In this document: positions 38,701 to 50,700 of the stretch, in pieces
Layout of the letters: each line of letters opens with the position of its first letter
Position numbering within the stretch: the stretch's first letter is position 1
Source: Phoronis australis
Taxonomy: Eukaryota; Animalia; Phoronida
Reading direction: 5' to 3'
Length of the DNA stretch: 64,000 nucleotides
Assembly (NCBI GenBank): GCA_002633005.1
Contig: NMRA01000003.1
Span: 2,453,159 to 2,517,158, forward strand
Notes under the pieces: model-generated
Told to the model about the DNA's origin: nothing
Seen by the model: only the letters and a program-made list of their open reading frames with translations
Database searches by the model: none
Position numbers and translations under genes: made by a program

Positions 38701-41700
38701 CGCAAGCGCATGCACGCACACACACACACACACAAACACACATCTGATAGGTGAGGTGGGAGTTGTCTTTCTCTGTGCGTGGCAATGAACACCTAATGGG
38801 AATATGGCGTGCAAGAGAAAACCCGTCTGCATGTTACCACACCTGATAATTACTTCCGCCCTACCCCACTTATGCGGCCACACAGCGATTACAAGTGGCG
38901 CAAGTTACCCTAGAACAAATTACCTCACCTTGCGACAACTCATTCCAGAAGTAACTTGTTCTAGGGTAAGTACATTGTGTGAATAGGCCCTTTCATATAG
39001 ACTTAACTCCGGTCTGAGCGGGCGTCGACGTAAACAGCGCAGTTAACTGGACCGTTCATTCTGGCTTCGGTAGTTAATGAACATCGAAGTAAACGGGTGG
39101 TGATGCTGTCGTCATCGAAGTTATCGCAAAGTAGCACTGCACGCTAAGACAGTTTTTTCAATGAGACAATTTGAGAACCTTTACATGTGCTAAATGACAT
39201 TAAGCTTATTTTTAAATCGACTGGTTGTTATTAGAGCAAAATATAAGCAGCTATTAGTGACGACACTACCCTGTAACTGTTGACGATAACAGTGGCACCT
39301 GGCGATAACTTGGATTGGACCAAAGTTAACCGTTCATACCGCACTGCAGTGTCGACGCTGCGCTATTAAATCCACCTGTTAACTACGATGTTAACTGGAG
39401 CTGTTAACTGCGATTCAGGACTGGAGTTAAGCGTTCATACTGACCGCAACTCCCCAAACCATCGACGCGTCGACGTTAGTATGAAAGGCCCTAATGGCAC
39501 TTTGGTCAGCTGGAATGATTCTGTTCACTTCCCTTTCACAACAGGGGGACACTTATCAGTAGGGGGACTCTATTCACTTGAGGTCACATAGTGTGGGTAA
39601 TTACTGTTTCTTATCAGATCTTACCTACATAGAAGGCTTGAAAGCATCTAGGCTCTATTATTCCATTTTTGGGGACATGAAAGTCATTGGAAACTATAAA
39701 ATCTGAATAGAGGAGTAAAAATTAGACTGTGTGAGTTCTTAAATTTTCAAAACTTCAGATAATAGCAATGTCAACAAAAACCCACACCTTGAGCTATTCA
39801 ATGGAAAGTAGTTTCCAGCATACTGTTTAAAGCCTATCTTCAACGGTAACACATGTAAATTTGGTTCCTACAGTATGTTAAGAGCATCGCTCTGAGCCCA
39901 CTAGTGCCATAAATTGCCAAATGTAATGAACTGTTTGGCATATTGGCTTGCTTTTGTCGACGTCACCGCAAGAATCACCTTTTAATTCAAACAGCTGAGA
40001 ATAACACCCGCACTATTCAATACAATCTTTTGTTGTTGTGCTGGGATCTCGCGGTGACGCAACATGGCATGAAGAGGCAACGTCACTTATCATTTGACGA
40101 GCTTACATTTGCGTATTTTACTAAGGCTTGCTAGGACTATCTGGTTAGCCCAATTTATCTTAAATAACAAAATTCCGTTAAAGTTAATTAGCTGCCTCAC
40201 TAACTCATATTAGAAGCTGAAAGAATGTGGATAAAACTGGTCATTGACTAGTATTTTTGTTTAAAGTGAGTGTTCACAGCATATTTGCGTTGGAGGCAAC
40301 TTGATTGTTAGGTTTTTGTTTGAATATCAGCTAGGAAAAGATTTTCTTGATACGAGCGTTTGGGAAGTTTTTAAAGCCTCTATAAACCTTGTTCTGGATT
40401 CAAAAACAACTTTTCACAAGCATATTTGCTTCTACAAATCAACTTTTTGTTTTTATCTTTTGCTCGATTTGAAGTTACTTGCAGTAAAATGCTTGGAATT
40501 CCCCTGACGATAACACTGCTTCAGCAGCTGAAACTAATTCTCTGTGACGAGCAAAATTAGTGAGCCTCATCAGAAGCAATGAGCTGTCAGGTCTTCTCCA
40601 TTTATTTACCTAAACGTCATTCAAGAATGAATGAACACACCGGAGACAACCCAAGAGTTATTATCTCTGCTGCGAAGGATGTTAAAGTTGAGTTGCCAGC
40701 AGTCACTGGTACGGTGCGCGGCTTTAGACGCTCTGCGGCTGGGTTAAAGATCTTTTATAGGCCTAACTATCCCCATTTCCCGTACCAGGATGAATTTCCA
40801 AAATATCTTGACTTGTTTGCGTCAGATGTGATGTGCAACGTCTATGTTGAAAGTGCACCATATTTATTTACGTTCTTTGATTTCCTTGGATTTCAGAAGA
40901 TAATTCATATATTGCAATGTAGGCATCCAGGGGAGGTTTGGATGTACTTGTGACTGTAGAGTCGTCAAAATTTATCCATTCCCATGATGACGATTTAACA
41001 CAGCATGTGTAATGGCCACCCGTCGTGTTTCTTCCATGGTGTTCAATGACTGCTTTTATTTTATAGCCAGAGAGGTCATACGACGAAATCTTTGTGTTGA
41101 TTTTTTCACCATTAGTCGCGGTTCATAAGATATGAATACAAAGGTATTTTGGCGGTTAATGACCAAGTGAGCTGGCCACTGAGAGTATTACAGTGTGGGC
41201 AACTAAAGTCTTCGATATCCAATGACGTCCACAAGCTGTGCCACAACTCCTGCATAGTTATTTCTATATTAAGTAATTTCTAGTCTAAATAAGGAATGCC
41301 ATGAGACTGATTCTATGACAGTAAATCCCTAAACCAAAAGTTGTTTTTGACAGCATCACGGGGTTCGTTGCCCCTTTAATACAAACACCGTATTATGAAA
41401 TTGAGTTGCAGTTATCGTCATGATGTGAATAGCCTCACTCCAGGAGTTTTCTTGATGTATGGAATTATGTGGGCCTCCATGTGATGCAAACTCAAGGAAT
41501 CTTAATCAGTCACCTGAAACGCTAAATGATTTGACACTTCTGATTTAGGCTACAAAGGCCCAGCGTAGTTCGATAGTTATGTAGTTCGAATGCAAATGAG
41601 CTTACCTCAAAATTCGCATTTTGCCCCGCTAGGTGCTGAGGCGAACGTCTCACTTGTTGAATTTCTTTAACCTGGCAAGCGTAAATCCTCATAGAATGCG

Positions 41701-44700
41701 AGCAACGTGATAGCCTATTACCTTCGGTAGCGACTGAAAATTAATAACTGATTACAGGTCAGTGAATCTTTTGCCTCACTGTTTGGTAATAATGATGTGA
41801 GTTAGATGTCTCTTGCGGCAAGCAGCTGAGCTCATAGCTCACCCTGTGCAGTGGGCTTTATGGTTGGAAAACTGGTCTTAATTGTTCCTTACTCAGATTA
41901 GAAGACAGTGTTTTCTTGAACTTGAGCTGAGTTCACACAGTTTGTTATTGGGAGTGACAATACCCAGCATATAAAAATTACAAGCTCCAAGTGTGGTGTC
42001 CACTTGTTGAGTCTGGCCCTGAACAGTAAGAAATTGTCAGCCCTTCTCAAGCTCAGTAATTTGTTTCAAATCTGAATAAAGAATAAATTAAGAATTGTAA
42101 GGGTAATTTGGGTTCAAGAGAAGAGGATTTTACAGCAGCTTTCTTTGATACTGATTTTCTTGCATAAACCCAAGATTTTCCTAGAATAAAAGGTGTGCTC
42201 GAGTGTCATTTATGACTGTAGCCATTTTAGTCTTATTCATTCATTTCGTAATTTTTGTGTTGGTTTCAGAGAACAGCAGTTGAGGCTCTGGCCCATGCTG
42301 CTTCTAAGAAGGATAAGTGCAGTGGTATTGTGAAGCAGGCAGTTCCCATACTGAAGAGACTCTACCAGTCGTCTAATGATGGAATCAAAGTTAGAGCTCT
42401 TGTGGTGAGTGCAGTGGTGACAGGTTGTGTAACCAATATCTATGCAGGATAAAAGTAAGAGATGCAACCACCTTATATTGAAGAGGGTCGCAGAACGTGA
42501 GTGACTGTGGATATTGCTGTACGTGTTGTGTTGGTGGCGAGGTGATAAATATTCCTTTTGAAACAAATAATCTACGACTTCTAGTCTTAAGTTACTCTTG
42601 TCAATGATGTTGTATTCTGAAATGCTTTTGCCTGAGTATAATGGAAGGCGTGTTCCCTTCACTCTTAGGTGACCTTTCTTCATAATTGTTTTGTCAGGGT
42701 CTGTGCAAGCTGGGCTCCTATGGTGGTTCTGATGCCAGTGCAAAGTCCCTGGCTGATGGGTCCACTCAGACTCTAGCTAAGGCGTGTCGCCGGTTTCTCG
42801 TCAATCCAGCCAAAGATCTTGACCTGAGGAAGTGGGCATGTGAAGGTCTGGCCTATCTCACTTTGGACGCTGATGTCAAAGAAGAGCTTGTAGACGACAT
42901 CTCAGCGATAAAGAGCTTGATTGACCTGGCTCAGGTATAGCTTCACCTTAAAACTTTGTCAAATGCATTGTGGGATGGTTGTTGGCTCATAAACATTCGG
43001 TGACATCACAGATAACTAGGCAAAGAAGTATAAAAATGTGATGGAAACAACTTTTGTCACTTGAGCGCACCAGAATAGGGCCGTCCTGGGTTACACCTCC
43101 TTTGTCCCGGAGGTAAGAAAGTGAGTGACCTCGTTTTGGAAATCGGGCACATTTTTGTGTATCTCATTGATGTCGGGAAGACGAAGAGTTTCACATCAAG
43201 CCATCCATGAGTAATAGTCCAGTTTATCCAACTTTCTCACGTCGGAGTTGCAGCCTACAGCACAACTGTAATACTTTATTGGCATTGGAAAGACGAATAG
43301 AGTAATGCAACCAAGAAAAACTTGTAAAGAATCAGACAACAATAAACAACTTGAATGTGAAACTCCAATGACACAAAAACGAGGTAGCATATGTGCCTGG
43401 CGGATGTTTATGGCATTGTGGGTAAATACAGCGAAATTTAAGTGGCGCTATGTAATTCGGGACCACCCTTTTGAAAGCACGGGTCCTCACTTCAACAGGT
43501 TTTTTGCTGGGTGTAGAACAGAACTACCATCATAGAAATATAAAAGACTGTTAGGGAGCCTCAAAATACATACTAGATTAATTTAGCAACTGTTTCACAA
43601 TACATTTGGAAAATGCTAGCAGCACCCTGCATGAAATCCTAGAATTATAAATAAGTGAGCATATTCAGATGTGATAGAAACAAAAGTGTTGCAAAGATAT
43701 TTATCTAGTTTATCTTTGTAGTACAACAAAAAATCATATTCGCATAAATTAATAGCTTTAAAATGTGCGCATTCCAAGGCAGCGGGGACAAATTGGTGGC
43801 CTTGTGAAGAATGCTTGTGTTTGCCCAATACCTAATGAACAGCCCCACCCTGATGTGTATTTGGAGTTTGTTTCTAGGCTGGAGACCGTAGTGTGCTGTA
43901 TCCTGCTGCCACAGTCTTTGTCAATCTGACCAACAGTTACGACAAGGAGGAAGTCATGCCAGAGTTGGTGGAGCTGGCCAAGTATGCCAAGCAACATATC
44001 CCTGAAGACCACGAGAAGGTATAATGCCTCATCATTAACTAGTGTTGCTAATACTACAGGTGTGATATGTGAGCTGTCACCCATGTGGTAGCATGCCTTT
44101 GTCAGGAAGCCCAAGTCATCAGTCATGACGTTCAGTGTCCTTCCCTGTTCTAAAATTCATGTTGCTGTAAATGATACAATTAGATATTTTAAGTCACGAA
44201 AACCTATAGTCTTGGAAGCCCTCTTTATGTTTTGATCTTTCATATGCATAATAAAATCAGGACTTGGAATTTTCCTCTTTTAAGAGGATTTCCTCTTATT
44301 TGTTTTCAATTTCGTCTTATTTGATTTCTAATTTCATCTTTTTCCATCTCTTTTTTATCCTTATTTTGACTTTATTCATGCATAAACATTTATTTCAGTT
44401 GAATTTTACATCACAGAAAATATTGCTATCACACAAAACTGAAACGATTCATCATCTGTAAATTTACCTCTTTTTTGTCATTGATCATTCCAAGCCCTGT
44501 ATAATGTGAACACTGGCATGTGGTCATCCGTCCAGCATCTGCATGTCTATTGTCGTTAGCCTTTCTACTTAAAAGATCTTCCTGAAGGTAGGCATGTGCA
44601 TTCTTTTCAAGGACTGGGCAACTTGCTAATTGACCTAATTTTGGAAACTAGAGTGATTTCAGAAGTATTAAAATTCTATTTTATCACCATGTAAGGAAGA

Positions 44701-47700
44701 TCTTTGCTTGCTTGCTTGCTCGCTCGCTTGCTGTCTGTAATGTGCCATCATGAGGCCTATCGTTGCTTTGTTTCACTCTTGTGAAGGGAATCTAGTATTT
44801 ACTCTAACTTCTGTTTTTAGGATAAAGGTGACTATGTCACTCAGCGTGTGAAAAAACTGGTCAACGCAGGCTTGGGTGCTGCACTGGTTGCACTATCTAC
44901 CTGTGATAGTAAGAGTAGCAAGGAACTTCTGTCTCGGTGAGTTGATGGCCAACGCTGATTGTAAGACTAGCATGAAGGAACTTCTGTCTCAGTGAGTTGA
45001 TGGCCAACAGTGATTGTAAGACTAGCAACTGAAGGAACTTCTATTTCAGTTAGTTTGTGTTCAATACTGATAGTAAGGCTATCAAAGAACTTCTATCTCG
45101 GTGAGTTGATGGCCAACACTGATAGTTAGATGTTGCAAACAGTTTATCCATCCCGCCGTCTTTTTGGTCACATCACGTGACCTAATGGATATAAGTCGGA
45201 AAAGAATTCTGCCCCCGACGGGGACTCGAACCCGACACTGATAGCAAGACTAGCAAGGAACCTCTATCTCGGTGAGTTGATAGCCAACACAGCAGGAATA
45301 GCTAGGAACTTCTATGTTCAGTTGGTTAGTTGGTGTCCAACATTGATAGTAAGATTAGTAAAGAGCATCTATCTTGGTGAGTTGATGGCCAACACTGATA
45401 GTAAGAGGATCAAGGAACTTCTATCTCAGTGAGTTCATAGGCGACCCTTGTAGTAGGACTTAAGCAACTGAAGGAACTTCTATCTCGGTGAGTTGATGGC
45501 CATTATTTGGCGACTACTCTGGGCCAGAGATAAAAATAAACGCAGCTGTCTCTTTGTGACCTCCGTGAAAAAGAGTTTCAAAAGCCATGATGCCTTTTGA
45601 AGGTTAGTCAGTCTGTCTAAAATTGGGACATTGCAAGTCTATAGCGGGTGATCTTTCCATGCCTTTTGACAGTTGAAACCAATTGTTATCGTGGCAAAAA
45701 AATTTGAGACCTAGTTTCTGAGACCTATTTTTTGTGATCACACCGTCATAAAGGAAATGCAATCCACCTTATACATAAATTTTAAGTTAAGCATGTTTTT
45801 AAAACCTTCAACCACAGTGAACCGTCCATTTTGTGACTTTTGTTTTGCAACTACCCATTAGTTAAGCATGTTTTTAAAACCTTCAACCACAGCAAACCGT
45901 CCATTTTGTGACTTTCGTTTTGCAACTACCCATAATTCTTCACTTATTTAGCTCACAATACGGCAGACGTGAAATTCTATTTTGTCAAATTTCCCAACCA
46001 AAGAAAAGAGTAATTCTCTTAAAAATTCTATTCCTGTTGTTTCAATGGAAAACAATTAAGGCAATTTTTTACCAACACACCTATGCTACACACAATGTAC
46101 TAATTCTTGTGCTGTTAGTTCGCAAGTAAACTGTAATGAAGGAAATTAGACTTGGAGTTGGCTTCTCTCGTGAGCGATTTTTTTTGTTATATAATTTGTT
46201 TTCTTGTGTGCTAATATAGCTCAAAAGGAATTTCTTTGTAGAATTATATAATTTTATATAATTTTATATAATTTGTGCACTTGGAGGTGGTCTGTTCTCT
46301 TCAAAGAATTTTCTAGTTGGCTAATTGGGGAAAATAGATTTTTATGCACCCACGTATTTATATGTGTGTGCAGTGTTGGCATCCCTGTTGGTCCGCCATC
46401 CGTCTGTAGCTGTATCTTCAAAACTAGTTGATGGATGTTCATGAAATTTTGTAAATATTTTCCTTTCATGAATGGGACAGCGTGAGCAAATTTTTGGACA
46501 GATCCAACTTCCGCTATGACCTCTTGTGGCAATTTCTGTTCTTTACGGTTTGCCTCTGTATCTTTGGAGCTCCTTTATGGATATTCATGAAATTTGGCAA
46601 ATAGGTATCTATTAGAGAATCAGCGCCATCTTCTCGTTTTCGGATGGATTTGACACATTCTGCACCACCTAGTGATCATTTTGCTGTTTTCAAGTCTGTT
46701 TTGAGCGTCCGCATCTCAATCGGTCAAATCACTGTAAGGATGCTTTTATGTAATACTGAGAGGAGGACAGCTGATGACAAATTTCAGGTGGCCCTGACTA
46801 CTGTAGGGCACCTTCTAGTGGCAGATTTGTTTTTTGCGTCTGCTGCTGTATCTCTTGAATTCCTTGCAGGATCTTTGACTGTTGTTTTTTACGAACAAGG
46901 TAACAACTGGTGACAACAATTTGTATACGGATCCGACTTCTGCTGTGCCCCCTAGGAGCTTTTTTTTGCTTTTTCCTCTGTCTTTTGAGTATCTTGACAG
47001 ATTTTCATGACATTTGGTAAATAGTTTTCTATTGAAGGGACGATGACACTTTTTTCATTTTCGGATAGAGTTGACGTATTGTACGCCACCTAGTGGACAT
47101 TTTTATTATTTCCAAGTCTGGTTTTTGACATCTGTTTCTCTTTCAGTCAAACTACTTCAAGGATCATCATGAAATTTTATGTGTGTTTCTATTGAGAAGA
47201 GTATAACTGATGTGGATTTTGGTTCAATTCTGATGGCTGCGGAACTGCCCGGTGGCAATTTTGTGTTTCTATGCATTTACTTGATATCTACAAACTTTCT
47301 TGATGGATGTTCCTGAAATTTGACAAATAAGTTTCTATGTAGACGACAGCACCTGCCCAGTTTCAGATGGGTTTGACCTATGTTGCCCCCCCCCCCCTCT
47401 AGTGCCCTTTCTGTTATTTTGTGACCTGTTTTGTCTGAGTCCTCTCTAACCAAACTTGACCAATAATGGTAGCAGATGTGTTCCTATGAAGTAGTACATT
47501 TCTGGCTTGCTGTGCACCTCTAGAGACTGTTATTAAATTTACTAGCGTTGCTCCATTCAGTGGGACTGCTTTAAGTAATGACCATCTCTCGGAGCTGTGC
47601 TTTATGCGATGCCTAGAATTGGCACATAATGACACGACCCTGTTGATCTTGTTTTATCATCATGATTAAAAAGCGAGAGGATGTACTTGTTGTCTTAAGT

Positions 47701-50700
47701 TGTAATTACTGTAAGTGACTATGAATGACATCCACTTTAGAGCTAACGGTGTACTTAAGAAAAGTTATTAGTATAATAATGGCTGTCTATATTCAGGGTA
47801 TTCGTAGCGGCGGTGACTGATCCAGACCATAGGGGACTGCTAGTGGCACAAGGTGCTGGCAAGGCACTCATCCCTCTTGCTCTTGACGGTACTGACAAGG
47901 GACGATCTTTAGCGGCTCAGGCACTGGCCAAAATCTCTATAACAGCTAACCCAGAGATAGCGTTCCCAGGACAAAGGGTAAAACGAATCGTAGTAGTACT
48001 GATATTTGTATTTTGTATCTTTTCTTATGCTGTCTTATTTTTCATGCGATCACATAAATATGTGAGACGGGTATGTGTTCATGGTATTTCACTGGCACCT
48101 GTTTTTGGGCAGTTTGAATACACCTAGTGGCCATTTTGTCCAGTTGCTATGTTGTCCAGTTGTCTAATCGATATCTCAGAAACCCTGGTTTTATTTTGGT
48201 GAAATATGGCACAGTGATGGAGGGCATTACTTGAGCAGTGCATGCACCTTTTCAGTTTGCCCTTCCCCCTGAGGCCATTGGGTGGGGCTTTTCAATATTT
48301 TTGAGGACAATTGTTTCCAGATTATATGTAAAAAGCCATTTTTGAGCAGATTGCAACAGGTGCCGTGCTCGTTAAGTCATTTTGCATCTGTCAAACTTCA
48401 TGATTGTTCTTTATAAAAAGAAGTATACTTGACCTGTTATTTTTGGATACCTAATGCTGTGTCCCTGAGTCTGTGTAGCGTTTTTGTCAATTCTGACTAT
48501 TGAAGCTACATCTTGCAGTCAAATTTTGTCACCTTTAACAATACATGAAACTGATAAACAGCCCTAGAAACATATACTTTGCAGTGCAGTACACTGTGGT
48601 CACTTGTCCGTGGTTTGTGTTATTGTTGTTCAATTGGAGAACCTTTTTAATTCTATCATTGTCTTAAAGTAACAACTTGTTAAGGTTATGCAGGGCCTTA
48701 CTGATAAGGTTATGTAGGGCCTTATTGATAAGGTTACATAGGGCCTTACTGATAAGTCTCTACCTTTAGCCTAATATCTGCAAAACTAATAATTTAACCA
48801 GTAGCCAGAAGTATGTATTTTCTGATTGAAAGTAGACATTGCATAGAATTTGATTTTTGACTGTTTACCAGTCTGCCACTAATTAGGTCATGTGATCTTG
48901 CTTTTTAGGAAAATTTAGTAAAAAAAGATTGTTCATAGCAAACTAACAGATTATTAATAATAACATTTACCAAATTTCGCATGGTATAAATGTTCAAGAT
49001 AAATTTCTAAATTATCATTTTGTTTTGGTTTATGCCAGGCACTTAAATATTTTTTTCATAAAAATAATATAAGTCCTATATTTAATAGCTTGTCGTGCAA
49101 AAATTCAAAATTTTAAAAACAGTTATAGCAGTGGTTTGGAGAATATTATATATAACATAGTTTCTGAAAGTTCCATGGGAATCCGATAAGCCATCTCTGA
49201 GATACAATGTTCCAAAGTGGGCCAGAACTGTACATTTTTCTAGTAAGTAATTTTTTTTACATTATACAGGGATGTTTCTTAAGCCCTTAGATGTGTGTTT
49301 ATTTGTATAATTCAGTCGCTGATTTACTACTGTGTAACACCTGTTACAGTGCCTGGAAGTTGTGCGGCCAATTATGAGTCTGCTTGCTCTCGACTGCTCC
49401 GCCCTGCAGAACTTTGAAGCATTGATGGCACTAACCAATCTAGCCTCCATTAGCCCCTCAGTCAGGTTCGTCGTATATTATTTTTCTGTTTTGATCTACT
49501 GTTTTTTAAAGTATCACAGAAGGACATTTTCAAAATGTTTTCCAAAAATATCTATACACCTAACTTCTTGATGTTAGTTTTCCTGTTGAAACTATAAAAT
49601 GCAGATGATAAAAGCATTTCAGAGTAGGTCTGTTTTGAATCTCACTGTCTTTTATCCTGACCTCATATGATTTTGTTGACCATGACTTTTAAAAGAACTT
49701 GCTGTCCATGGGATTCTTTAGCCAATAAATACCACATTGTCCATGAGTTTCTTATTGGCCAATAAATGCCATACTGTCTATGAGATTTCTACTTTGGCAA
49801 ATAAATGCATGGTACCACAAATCATTTCTGAGAACTGCCTTGATGCGCATGCCCTTTTCGTCGTACACTTTACCATTCGCATCTTATTGGGTTTTTGTCT
49901 TCAGGAAACGAATTTTTAAGGAAAAGGGCGTGAGTGAAATAGAACATTACATGCTTGAGGAACATGAAATGTTGAAGCGAGCGGCAACTGAGTGCATGTG
50001 TAACATGATACTTGAAGAAGAGGTAAGATTGAGCAACATTTTGAAGAATTGATGTGCTTTGTTTGTAGTATTGACAGGCTTCTTTTGTCAGAGGTACTTC
50101 TCATGCCTTTATTGTACTATAGCGATATGTTTGAGTTAAGCTAATTTGGTATTGGCCGCAATTTAGTGATGTTTTAATTAATAAGTGGGATACCAATGCA
50201 TGGTTTTGCTAATTCCTAGACTTGTTAACGCCAGCATCACCTGGTAATGAGTACGCTAAAGTCGCGCGATTTCCGTACACTCGAAATTAATTCCAAACAA
50301 ATTCATTCTTGGTCGAATATCGGGGGACAATATTTTTGTGTTGTCTAAATTTGGCACATCTCCGAAATGTGCCTTTTTGCTGTTGTCCGAATTTGGTGAG
50401 CTAAATCTCTTCGAAAATTTTTAGAAGTCTGTATGAGCATGATGAATAGAAAATCGATTTGTCAACGAGAAATAAATATTCGTAAGTCGTGGAAAAGAAG
50501 GGCTTTTTGTCGACTGCGCTTTCTCATTTAAAGTAATTTTGTGTTAAACGTTACTGTTATGGATGTGGGAACTAGTGCAAAGAACAAAGTGATAAACAAT
50601 GACGAGAACAGACTTTATATATTTAAATTTGTTAAACGTATCCATGCATTGTCTACTAGTCTTAAGTCTAGTCTACGGATGACTCGGCCTCTTTCTAAAA

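Noticed and set aside
40579-40953. 124-aa plus-strand ORF as a gene
   Set aside because: No recognisable motif; it overlaps the antisense of the USP relic.
41471-41548. [10 protein letters not shown] peptide resembling the missing UNC-45 exon start (GP.D.GN)
   Set aside because: No upstream AG acceptor, no further similarity, an in-frame TAG, and it lies in minus-strand relic sequence.
41606-41700. USP Cys box ([10 protein letters not shown] on the minus strand)
   Set aside because: Only weak resemblance and no catalytic Cys; not supportable without an alignment.
42237-44126. Minus-strand ORFs (168 aa and 122 aa)
   Set aside because: Antisense shadows of unc-45 exons.
44905-45501. CRISPR-like repeat/spacer appearance
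   Set aside because: Units are contiguous degenerate tandem copies of an exon/intron junction with no unique spacers; there are no cas genes and the context is eukaryotic.
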